A stretch of 64,000 nt of DNA from an uncultured Acidobacteriota bacterium (GTDB lineage: Bacteria > Acidobacteriota > UBA6911), in contig CAWJKZ010000014.1 in the NCBI GenBank assembly GCA_963843575.1, positions 448,001 through 512,000 on the forward strand, in the 5' to 3' direction. The position numbers and the translations under genes are program-made. This document shows positions 41,071-49,560 of the stretch, piece by piece. Numbering within the stretch: the stretch's first letter is position 1; each line of letters begins with the position of its first letter. Under the pieces are notes generated by a model that searched no databases, was not told the origin of the DNA, and worked only from the letters and a program-made list of their open reading frames with translations.

Positions 41071-41519
41071 TAAGGCAGCTTTCCCAGGACACGCCACAAC
41101 CAGCGGTGAACGTTGTGCGGAAAGGTGCGCGGTTCGGCGAACATCATGATGCATGCGCCCGAAATGACGCTCACCCCGTTGTCCCGGCAGTAGGCGATAG
41201 CGGCGGCAGATTCGGCTCCCTGCTGCATCCACACGCGCCGAATGCCCGCCGCTACCGCGTCCACCACCACCTTCTCGGTCTCGGCGGGGGGAACGACGAT
41301 CACGACGCCTCCGACGGGCGCGGGCAGGTTGCGCAGGCTGGGCCAGCAGCGCTCGCCCTCGATCTGCTCGGCGAGCGGATGCACGGGAAACACCCGGTAA
41401 CCTCGAGACCTCAGATCCCGCAGCACGGCATTCCCGAACTTCCTTCCGCCGCGCGAAGCCCCGACCACAGCGAGGGTGCTCTGCGACAGGAACTCAGAAA
41501 CCGATTCGCGAGAAGCCAT
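41070..41519 (-). CDS. CoA-binding protein (YccU-like)
   Basis: AVVGAS, PVHP, VWMQQG, CIMM. Confidence 0.9.
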   Translation of the reverse strand: MASRESVSEFLSQSTLAVVGASRGGRKFGNAVLRDLRSRGYRVFPVHPLAEQIEGERCWPSLRNLPAPVGGVVIVVPPAETEKVVVDAVAAGIRRVWMQQGAESAAAIAYCRDNGVSVISGACIMMFAEPRTFPHNVHRWLWRVLGKLP

Positions 41520-41976
41520 CTGCGGAGCCCTCCGGCTGGAGTGCAAATCCTACCATGCGGAATAGGGCCGCCACAGGTCCGCCCCGCTCGAGGCAGGAGT
41601 ATACTGGGCCGCCCAAACCCGGGGCCAAACGCGGAGAGAGGCCCAACGATTCCGGCTCCGAGCTCACCCAGACCAACCCGAGCATAGACATGCCCGGGCC
41701 GCTGGCGTACTCGAAGGACAGACGCGCGCGGCAAGGGATCTGACGACGGGAGAGGTTTCCCTGGGGAGTCGTGGAGCTTGCCGGTGCATGCCAGCCGCGA
41801 CCGAATCTGGGAGGGAGCGTCGGGGCCCGCTGACCCGACTTAGGCGGAGGCCGGCGGCGCGGCCGACTTGCGCTTGAGCAGCAGAACGACGCCTCCGATA
41901 ATCATGCCCACGATCGGCCCCGCCTGTTCGCGCAGCGATCCCAAGCCTCGCAGCTAATGCGCGACACCCTGAAAGG

Positions 41977-42384
41977 TCAACGCCGCTGGCGCCCGCCCGG
42001 CTTTCTCCCGGGCGACCTCGACGCCTTCCTGGCCGGCGTCTTCGGGCTGGGGCTGGCCGCCGCAACGCCCTGCGGCGCCGCAACGGTGATGGAGTCCTTG
42101 ACGGACAGCTCCGGGAATACGGCGCCGACCATCGAGACGGCCCGCGCCCGCAGCTCCTCGGAACCGAGCGTCCCCGACAGCGACACCTGCTTGTTCGCGG
42201 CATCGGTGTCGAAGCTCAGGCGCGCGAGTTCGGGATCCGAGTTCAGCTTTGCCCTGACCTGCGCCGCCAGTTCGGCATTCGTGATCCTGCCGGTGCCATC
42301 CGCCGATCCCGGGCCCGAGCCGCAACCGGCTGCGGCTCCGATAAACAGCAGTGCCAGCCCTGCCATGCCCACCGTTTTCATCAT
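41977..42384 (-). CDS. BON-domain lipoprotein
   Basis: AAAGC lipobox; I..QVRAKL, VSLSG, VKDSITV. Confidence 0.75.
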   Translation of the reverse strand: MMKTVGMAGLALLFIGAAAGCGSGPGSADGTGRITNAELAAQVRAKLNSDPELARLSFDTDAANKQVSLSGTLGSEELRARAVSMVGAVFPELSVKDSITVAAPQGVAAASPSPKTPARKASRSPGRKPGGRQRR

Positions 42385-42541
42385 CGGATTCTTCCTGTTC
42401 TGGTCGAGAATTGAGGATCTGCCAAGATCATAACACCAGTTGCCGGCAGATGGTCTTGCGAACTGAGGTTATGCCCCGCAGAACTCAATTCTCAAGCCCC
42501 CCCGAATCGTGTACCATGACGCGTTCTCGAGGTCTTGGATC

Positions 42542-43645
42542 ATGGCGAAGGAGTTTGCGGCGGAGTCAGCTCCGCGAGGGTCTTGGGCTGGCCGCGCCCG
42601 GCAGGCGCTGAGCCGGCGCTATCGCCAGTACATGGAGCGAAGGGAGGAGATCCTGGCCTCCCGCGCTACCGACCGGGTCGTGCGCGAATTCGACTGGGGA
42701 CTGGAGTGGACCGCAGACTGGCCCTGCGCACGCGGGTGCTCGCCCGGTAACGGGGATCCGGGCCACTATCTCAAACAGCTGAACGCGGCTGCTGTCAGTG
42801 GAAGTGCCGAGTTTTTCGACTACCGCCCCCCTACGGACTTCCGCTGTGACGACAACTGGCTCCGCTTCACGTCCGCCGTGGCCACCCCCTGTCCGGAAAA
42901 CAACACCGTGCACGCGCAGTGGTTCCCGGCCCGCCGGCATCGTCGCCGCGCCGTGCTGGTGCTGCCGCACTGGAATGCGAAAGCCCACCAGCACGTGTCC
43001 CTCTGTCGCGTGCTCGGCGCGCTCGGGGTCTCGACCCTACGGCTCAGCCTCCCCTACCACGACCTGCGGATGCCCCCCGAGCTGCAACGCGCCGACTACG
43101 CGGTGTCGTCAAACGTGGGCCGAACCGTGGACGCCACGCGCCAGGCCGTCATCGATGCCCGGTCCTGCCTGGACTGGCTCGAAACGCAAGGTTATGAAAG
43201 GCTGGGAATCGTCGGCACCAGCCTCGGCTCCTGCTACGCTTTCCTGACGAGCGCGCACGACGCGCGGCTTCGCGCCAACGTCTATAACCTGTTCTCCCTC
43301 TATTTCGCCGATGTAGTGTGGACAGGCTTGACGACGCGCCACGTCCGTCAGAGCTTCGACGGCCACATCGAACTCCCGCAGCTGCGCGACGCCTGGGAGG
43401 CCATTACGCCCTGCAGTTACCTCCCCCGTTACGCAGAGTACGAAAAGAAATCGCTGTTCATCTACGGGAATTGCGACACGACCTTCCTGCCGACCTATTC
43501 CGAGGCGATGATCCAAAAGGCACGGCAGCACGGGATCCCTCACAAGGTCGTCGTCATGCCTTGCGGGCACTACACGCTGGGCGAGGCACCGTTCAAGTTC
43601 GTCGTCGGCTACCAGATCTCCGCTTTCCTCCTCCGATCGCTCTGA
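42542..43645 (+). CDS. Alpha/beta hydrolase (ABHD18-like)
   Basis: GTSLG nucleophile elbow, downstream D and GHY. Confidence 0.82.
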   Translation: MAKEFAAESAPRGSWAGRARQALSRRYRQYMERREEILASRATDRVVREFDWGLEWTADWPCARGCSPGNGDPGHYLKQLNAAAVSGSAEFFDYRPPTDFRCDDNWLRFTSAVATPCPENNTVHAQWFPARRHRRRAVLVLPHWNAKAHQHVSLCRVLGALGVSTLRLSLPYHDLRMPPELQRADYAVSSNVGRTVDATRQAVIDARSCLDWLETQGYERLGIVGTSLGSCYAFLTSAHDARLRANVYNLFSLYFADVVWTGLTTRHVRQSFDGHIELPQLRDAWEAITPCSYLPRYAEYEKKSLFIYGNCDTTFLPTYSEAMIQKARQHGIPHKVVVMPCGHYTLGEAPFKFVVGYQISAFLLRSL

Positions 43646-43876
43646 CAGTCAAGGGCTGCGCCCTTGACTCGCCGCCGAGAACATCTGGAATAACAAAGTC
43701 CCGGTTATTAGTTAGTTAGCTTGCGGTCCCCGGCTGCCGACGGCCCCGCGATTCGGCCGAAAATCGAGTTTCGCGATAAAAACCTTCCACGATCCGGCGA
43801 TATCCCAGCTGGGCATGAAACTCTCTCTGTGCAGCGTCACTCTCGCTGCCATTCGGATATCACAGGAGGGAAACCG

Positions 43877-44170
43877 ATGAGAAACGAACGCCTGCCGTAC
43901 CCCACGAAGCCGCTGATCATAAACGGGGAAGAACTCGAGGAATACGTCATCCCCGAGGAGAAGAAGGCCGAGGTGCTGCGGCAACTCTACCTGTTCCGGC
44001 CCATCCCGTCTCTGGAGCAGGAGTTCCTGGATTTGCACTCGGGGAGGAGGTTCAAGGTGCGGCAGTTCCGGGTCACCCGCGAAAACGGGTTCAACTGGCT
44101 GGTGAGCCCCTATTACGAGGACGGGGGCGGCACCGTGATCGACTGGGTGCCCCCTGACCCCGACAACTAA
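43877..44170 (+). CDS. Small hypothetical protein
   Basis: Strong RBS AGGAGG, GC-rich third positions, 97 aa. Confidence 0.8.
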   Translation: MRNERLPYPTKPLIINGEELEEYVIPEEKKAEVLRQLYLFRPIPSLEQEFLDLHSGRRFKVRQFRVTRENGFNWLVSPYYEDGGGTVIDWVPPDPDN

Positions 44171-44190
44171 GGGTCTGTCACAGACCCTAA
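44168..44190. repeat. Collapsed IS/MITE footprint TAA-GGGTCTGTCACAGACCC-TAA
   Basis: 17-bp palindrome between direct TAA repeats at a stop codon. Confidence 0.6.
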
Positions 44191-44265
44191 ATGGCGGGTG
44201 GGGCGGACAGCGGGACCGTACGACTTGCCCGGTGCGGGCCCCGGGCGCCTCATCCCTGCAACGGT

Positions 44266-45387
44266 CTACTGCTGCGTCATCTGCTTCGGGACCCACTTCT
44301 CCCAGCCGAAGGCGGCCATTATCACGCGGAACAGGTCCGCGTTCTCGATGAACCCGTGCAGCCGCTCGGCACCCGGGCCCTGGGCAGCAGCGAGCACCTG
44401 CTCGCCCGTGTGACCGTCGTCGACCCTGACGTTCGGCTTCGGTGGGTTGGCCGGGGGCGTGCCCGCGGCAGGTTCCGGCAGCAGGGGATCGCCCCTCTTG
44501 CCCCCGCGCAGCCGGATATCGAACGAGTGGTCGGCCGCAAAGAGGATGAGAGTATCGTTTTTAACTGTCTGGGCGGTCTTCCGTATCGTGTCGTCCAGCT
44601 CGATGGCCTGTTGGAGGCCCCTCTCAAGGTTGTCGGTGTGGGCATCCCACTCGACCATCAGGAAGTAGCCCTTTTTGTTCTGCGACAGGATCCGGATTGC
44701 CCGGCTCGTAGCCTCCCACACGTCGAAGTCCTTTGTGTTCGACAGGACGATGATGCGCTTGTCCTGATCGTTGACGCCGGCAAGCGAGTCGTAGAAGGCG
44801 TACCCTTTTTGGCGCGCCGAAGCCGCGACGTCGACACCGATCTTTGCCGTGGCCGCGAGCACGAGGTCGCGCCCGGACCCGATCAACACGTCGACACCGT
44901 CGCCAAACCGCGGCTTGAACACCTGAGCAAAAATCGGCCCGGAGGCGCTGCGGTCGTTGGAGTGGGCATAGCAGGCGGCAGTCGTCGCGTCGGTGATATT
45001 CATGTTCGAGAGGACGCCGGTCGAAAGGCCGCGCTCCTCGGCGTACTCCAGGATGGTCTTCAGGATCTCCCCGTCCTGCTTGCCGCGCTTCGCCCCGGCC
45101 GACTGCGAGATGACGCCGTTGTTTGTCTTCTGACCGGTGACGATAGCCGACATCCCCGCGGCGGAGTCTGTTACCCATACGTCTGCCGCCGAAGTATCGA
45201 CGAGTGCGATATGAGGCATCTGCTGGATATAGAGTTTCTGCGGGTGGTTGTAGCGGTAGATGCTCGCCGCATTCAGCGTCGGGATTCCCGCCGCGTCGCC
45301 GAGAAAGAGTATTACGTTCTTGGCCTGGCCGTTCGCCGCCTGGGTGGCGAAGACCATCAGGCCGAATAAAACGAAAATGCGCTTCAT
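44266..45387 (-). CDS. Secreted alkaline phosphatase (PhoA-type, compact)
   Basis: KNVILFLGD, TDSAA catalytic Ser, FLMVE, ADH, GHTG. Confidence 0.9.
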   Translation of the reverse strand: MKRIFVLFGLMVFATQAANGQAKNVILFLGDAAGIPTLNAASIYRYNHPQKLYIQQMPHIALVDTSAADVWVTDSAAGMSAIVTGQKTNNGVISQSAGAKRGKQDGEILKTILEYAEERGLSTGVLSNMNITDATTAACYAHSNDRSASGPIFAQVFKPRFGDGVDVLIGSGRDLVLAATAKIGVDVAASARQKGYAFYDSLAGVNDQDKRIIVLSNTKDFDVWEATSRAIRILSQNKKGYFLMVEWDAHTDNLERGLQQAIELDDTIRKTAQTVKNDTLILFAADHSFDIRLRGGKRGDPLLPEPAAGTPPANPPKPNVRVDDGHTGEQVLAAAQGPGAERLHGFIENADLFRVIMAAFGWEKWVPKQMTQQ

Positions 45388-45452
45388 AGTCGTTTTCCTA
45401 ATAGGATTGAATTGACGCCATTCCCTGTCGCTGGGGGAAGGCCACATACTAA

Positions 45453-45690
45453 GCTAACAACCGGCGTCGGGTACAGAGGTTTTGGATTTGGAGTGCGACG
45501 GCTCGACGCCGCTTTCCTGGCGGCGCCTCGGCGCCGCCGCAGCCTGAGTTTGCAGTTCGCACCTCTGATTCAGTATGGCGTCGAGGCGCCGGGAGTTTCG
45601 GCCGCAGGGAGCAGCCAAAAGCGGCGCCGAGGCGCCGCACGTCGTTGGACGGCCTCTTCAGCCCGCCGCCCCGCGATAAATTGGTGTTAG
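45453..45690. repeat. Composite REP-like palindromic element
   Basis: TGGAGTGCGACG..CGCCGCTTT / AAAGCGGCG..CGCCGCAC arms; shares CGTTGGA..GCCTCTTCAGCCCG with 52327-52353. Confidence 0.65.
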
Positions 45691-45722
45691 AATGCCGCGC
45701 ATCGCTGCCAAAGGAGGCAATC

Positions 45723-46871
45723 ATGACGCGAAAGGCCCCTGGTTCGGGTAGACGCGGTTTCTTGCAGGGATTCCTTGTTGCTACCGGCTTCGCCGCCGCA
45801 CCCGGCGCGCGGGCACAGGCACAAACGAGCGGCGCCGCGGGAGGGCGAGCCGACTGGCTCCCCACCCACGCCAGGCTGCAGGCCTATCGTTCGCTGAAGC
45901 ACTCGAGCCACGACCCCACGGGCGGCAACCGCGATTTCTGGCCCATCAAGGGGGGAGGCACCCAGGAATTGTTCAACGAGCAGGGACCAGGAGCGATCAC
46001 ACACATCTGGTTTACCATCTCGGCGCAGAGCCCGACGCACCTCAAGGAACTCGTGCTGCGCGGCTACTGGGATGGCAACCCCAAACCCAGCGTCGAGGTG
46101 CCCGTCGGCGACTTTTTCGGGCTGAACCTCGGCGACTACGTGCTTTTTGAAAGCCAGTACCTGGCCTGTTCGCCGGGGAAATCCCTGAACTGCTACTTCG
46201 CGATGCCCTTTCGCAAGTCCGCCCGGTTCACGGTCACCAACGAGGGTTCCCGGGAAGTCGGGGCGTTCTATTCCAACATCGATTTTCTCAAAACCGACGC
46301 CCTCCCTGCCGAAGCGCTTTACTTCCATGCCCAGTACCGTCAAGCAGTCCCCAACCGCCCGGTACGGGACGCCGAGGGAAGGGACATCAACAACCCGGAC
46401 GGGCGGCAGAACTACGTGATCTGCGTAAGCCGCGGCCGCGGCCACCTGATGGGGGTGACCCTGGGGGTCGTGCAGAACGCCGAGGCTTGGATGGGCGAGG
46501 GCGACGACATGATCTTTGTCGACGATGAGGCCAAACCCGCGATCATCGGAACCGGCTCCGAAGACTACTTCCTCGGCAGCTGGAACTTCGGCGGGCGCGA
46601 CGGCGCTCACGCCTTCTCGCACCACCAGTACGGGGCGCCCCTGATCCAGAGCCCCGAGCGAACCGGCGGCCGGTATTGCTGCTATCGCTTCCACGGAGAC
46701 AACCCGGTCAGCTTCACCAGGTACCTGAAACACACGATCGAACACGGCCACGCGAACAACCGGGGCGACAACTTCTATTCCTGCGGCTACTGGTACCAGG
46801 ATCAGCCCTACACCGATTTTCCGGTGTTGCCGCCCGTGGCGGAACGACTCCCGATAGTGTCGCGCGCCTGA
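45723..46871 (+). CDS. Tat-exported DUF2961 / GH172 glycoside hydrolase
   Basis: GRRGFL Tat motif, THIWFT, P.GDFFG, GEGDD, GTGSEDYF, EHGHAN. Confidence 0.9.
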   Translation: MTRKAPGSGRRGFLQGFLVATGFAAAPGARAQAQTSGAAGGRADWLPTHARLQAYRSLKHSSHDPTGGNRDFWPIKGGGTQELFNEQGPGAITHIWFTISAQSPTHLKELVLRGYWDGNPKPSVEVPVGDFFGLNLGDYVLFESQYLACSPGKSLNCYFAMPFRKSARFTVTNEGSREVGAFYSNIDFLKTDALPAEALYFHAQYRQAVPNRPVRDAEGRDINNPDGRQNYVICVSRGRGHLMGVTLGVVQNAEAWMGEGDDMIFVDDEAKPAIIGTGSEDYFLGSWNFGGRDGAHAFSHHQYGAPLIQSPERTGGRYCCYRFHGDNPVSFTRYLKHTIEHGHANNRGDNFYSCGYWYQDQPYTDFPVLPPVAERLPIVSRA

Positions 46872-47233
46872 TCTCCTGTCGTTCCGGAAGGCCCGGGGTG
46901 AAGATTCTTGCGGTATTTGCGCACCGCGGGTATCCTCGTACCCAGAGGATTAGGGTCGGGAAGTACTGACCGGTTTCTGTCGCGCAAGTCGAGATCCGCA
47001 TTCAAAGGCGCGAGGGTTGCAGCGTCGATCGTGGCTGGCTCGGGCTGCGTTTACGCGGTGCGGGCCAAAGCCAGTCACAGTTGTGTTCCCGGGTGCACTC
47101 GACCATCGCGACACAAACCAACCTGCAAGAACGGTGCTTCCGTTACGCGACCGAGTGGCGGCGGATTAAAAGGCGGACTTGTGCCATGTGTCCGCGACGG
47201 GCGGCGTCGACCGCGCGATGAAGGAGCGAACCA

Positions 47234-48040
47234 ATGGCTACGCGATGGAACCGTTTGGCTGTGCTGGTCCTCTTTGGGTTGGCGATAGCTGTCCATGCCG
47301 CAGCCCAGGAGGCCGATCTCACCGAAGAGCAGATGAAGGAATTCCTGCTCAAGGCCGACGTGATCAAGAGCAAGCACACGAGCAAGGGGGTGACGTCACC
47401 CTATCGACTGACCCTCAGCGATGGGAATATCACTCACGATGCAGCCTTTAAGTCGGTCGACGAGAGTAGATCGAAGATGCAGTTTGCCGACGGCAGAGTC
47501 GAGGTGAATTTCGTCGACTCCTACAAGTACGACCTGGCTGCCTACGAACTGGCCAAGCTACTGGGCCTTGGCCACATGATGCCCGTGACGGTCTTGCGCA
47601 AGTGGAACGGGAAGACGGGCGCGCTCGCGTGGTGGCTTCCCGTCGAAATGGACGAGGAGTCGCGCCTCCGCAACAAGGTGCAGCCTCCCGATCCGGATGC
47701 CTGGAACAAGCAGATGTACAGGATGCGGATCTTCACCGAGCTGGTGTACGACACGGACCGCAACCTCGGCAACGTGTTGATCGGCAAGGACTGGAAGCTC
47801 TATATGATCGACTTCACCCGGGCCTTCCGCCACTACTCGGACCTCCGCACGCCGCAGAATCTCCGGCGTTGCGACAAACAGCTCCTCGAGCAGCTCCGCA
47901 CCCTGAAGGCGGAGCAGCTCGCCGAGGTAACCAAAGGGCTTCTGAGCAAGGTCGAGGTGAGCGCCGTGATGAAGCGCCGGGACAAAATCGTGACGCTTTT
48001 CGAACAGTTGGCCCAGAAGTCGGCCGACGTCATCTACTGA
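47234..48040 (+). CDS. Secreted protein with atypical kinase-like motifs
   Basis: Signal peptide; AAFK, AAYEL..LLG, DTDRNLGN, MIDF. Confidence 0.75.
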   Translation: MATRWNRLAVLVLFGLAIAVHAAAQEADLTEEQMKEFLLKADVIKSKHTSKGVTSPYRLTLSDGNITHDAAFKSVDESRSKMQFADGRVEVNFVDSYKYDLAAYELAKLLGLGHMMPVTVLRKWNGKTGALAWWLPVEMDEESRLRNKVQPPDPDAWNKQMYRMRIFTELVYDTDRNLGNVLIGKDWKLYMIDFTRAFRHYSDLRTPQNLRRCDKQLLEQLRTLKAEQLAEVTKGLLSKVEVSAVMKRRDKIVTLFEQLAQKSADVIY

Positions 48041-48056
48041 AAAGAGAACCGGACGC

Positions 48057-48800
48057 ATGGAAAGCAAGCCAATGACGGCCTTGGGAGCTTCCGAGCTCGA
48101 GGCATTGAAGAGGATCTCCACGCCCACCATCTCGAACGCCATCGAGCTGTTCGAGGTCCGACCTCGCAACGCGGGATACCTGGGGCCGGATGTGCGCTGC
48201 ATGTTCCCCGGCCTCGGACGCCTGGTGGGATACGCCTCGACCGGGGTCATCACGGCCGATCTCCCTGCTGCGGCCCGGAAATTCAACCGCGCCGAGTATT
48301 GGGAGGCGACGGCCCGGATCCCCTTGCCTCGCGTCGCCGTCATTCAGGATCTCGACAGCCCCACGGGCACGGGGTCCTTCTGGGGGGAAGTTAACGCCAA
48401 CATCCACAGGGCGCTCGGCTTCGTCGGGGCGGTGACCAACGGCAGCGTGCGCGATACGGACGAGATGGAAGCTCTGGGGTTTCACGCCTTCGCCCGGGTG
48501 GTCTCGGTTTCCCACGCTTACGTTCACATGGTCGATTACGGGGGCGCCGTGCGCATCGGCGGTGCCGTCGTGTCCCCCGGCGACCTGCTTCATGGGGACG
48601 GACACGGCGTCGTCGTGATCCCACGTGAGATTGCGTCGTTTGTCGCCGAGGCCGCGGCTGAGGTCGATGCGGCCGAGCGGGAGTTGATCCGGTACTGCCG
48701 CTCGGCCGACTTCACCATCGAAGGGCTCAGGCAGGCCGACAGCCGCATGGCGTCGCGCTTTCTGGAACTCGCCGGGGCGCGCCGCCGCACGCCCTCATAG
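48057..48800 (+). CDS. RraA/HMG-aldolase family protein
   Basis: STPTISNA, WGEV, GSVRD, PGDLLHGD.HGV. Confidence 0.88.
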   Translation: MESKPMTALGASELEALKRISTPTISNAIELFEVRPRNAGYLGPDVRCMFPGLGRLVGYASTGVITADLPAAARKFNRAEYWEATARIPLPRVAVIQDLDSPTGTGSFWGEVNANIHRALGFVGAVTNGSVRDTDEMEALGFHAFARVVSVSHAYVHMVDYGGAVRIGGAVVSPGDLLHGDGHGVVVIPREIASFVAEAAAEVDAAERELIRYCRSADFTIEGLRQADSRMASRFLELAGARRRTPS

Positions 48801-48838
48801 GCCGGCCGGTCGCGCCGAGCCTGGAATCGAGCCCTGGG

Positions 48839-49459
48839 TCAGGGCGCCGAAGCGGGGGGCGGCGCCTGCTGCCGCTGCCTCTTCTCGAGGGCCTCCTTGT
48901 CGGAGAGGTGGAGGTCGAACTGCACGACGACCATGTCCTCGATGGGGTTGAGGCGCGACGTGTAGATCATCCCGAAGTCTTTCCTGTTGAGCTTCATCTC
49001 GCCTCGGAAACGCGCGTCTTCGTCGCGCACGAACACGGCCCGGACCGGGACCTGGATGCTCCGGGTTACCCCGCGCATGGTAAGGTCCCCGGTCATGGTG
49101 AAGTTGGCCTCGTCGACACGGGAGATCCCGGTGGAAACGAACGTCACCTGTGGATACTTGGCGACGTCGAAGAAATCGGGGCTGCGCAGGTGGTTGTCGC
49201 GCCGCTCCACGCGCGTGTTCAGGCTGGCCGCCTCAATGGTCAACCGGATGCTCGAGTCCTCCAGTTTGCCGGGATCGATCTGGAAATCGCCGTCCCACCG
49301 TTCAAAAAAGCCGTGCGCCGAAACGAACAGCGAATCGCCGACGAAGTTGATCTGACAGTGATTCCGGTCGGGCAGGAACGTCCGGCGCTCTGCGCGACCC
49401 GGGAGGGGCGAGAGGACCAGGGCAAGGACAAACAAATGCATCCGCAGTGAAAGAAACAT
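48839..49459 (-). CDS. YceI-family exported protein
   Basis: RDNHLRSPDFFDV.KYP, GDLTMRG, RKDFG. Confidence 0.9.
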   Translation of the reverse strand: MFLSLRMHLFVLALVLSPLPGRAERRTFLPDRNHCQINFVGDSLFVSAHGFFERWDGDFQIDPGKLEDSSIRLTIEAASLNTRVERRDNHLRSPDFFDVAKYPQVTFVSTGISRVDEANFTMTGDLTMRGVTRSIQVPVRAVFVRDEDARFRGEMKLNRKDFGMIYTSRLNPIEDMVVVQFDLHLSDKEALEKRQRQQAPPPASAP

Positions 49460-49560
49460 GCACAACCCCCGTTTTGGTCTGAGCTGCAATTGATCCCGAA
49501 CCCGATAGGAGTATTGTGCCTTGCGGGGCATCGGGGTTCAAGGGGGGCTCAGGCTGCGAC

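Noticed and set aside
41840-41935. Short minus-strand peptide ...GPIVGMIIGGVVLLLKRKSAAPPASA*
   Set aside because: Looks like the orphan 3' end of a membrane-protein gene with no convincing start; too short to call.
45449-45692. Integron attC site (CTAAC...GTTAG ends)
   Set aside because: Too long (~240 bp), interior made of REP-like arms, flanking genes divergent, no integrase or cassette array.
46872-47233. Possible ncRNA or riboswitch in long intergenic regions (also 31676-32064)
   Set aside because: No recognisable family motif or convincing structure by eye; an Rfam/Infernal scan would be needed.
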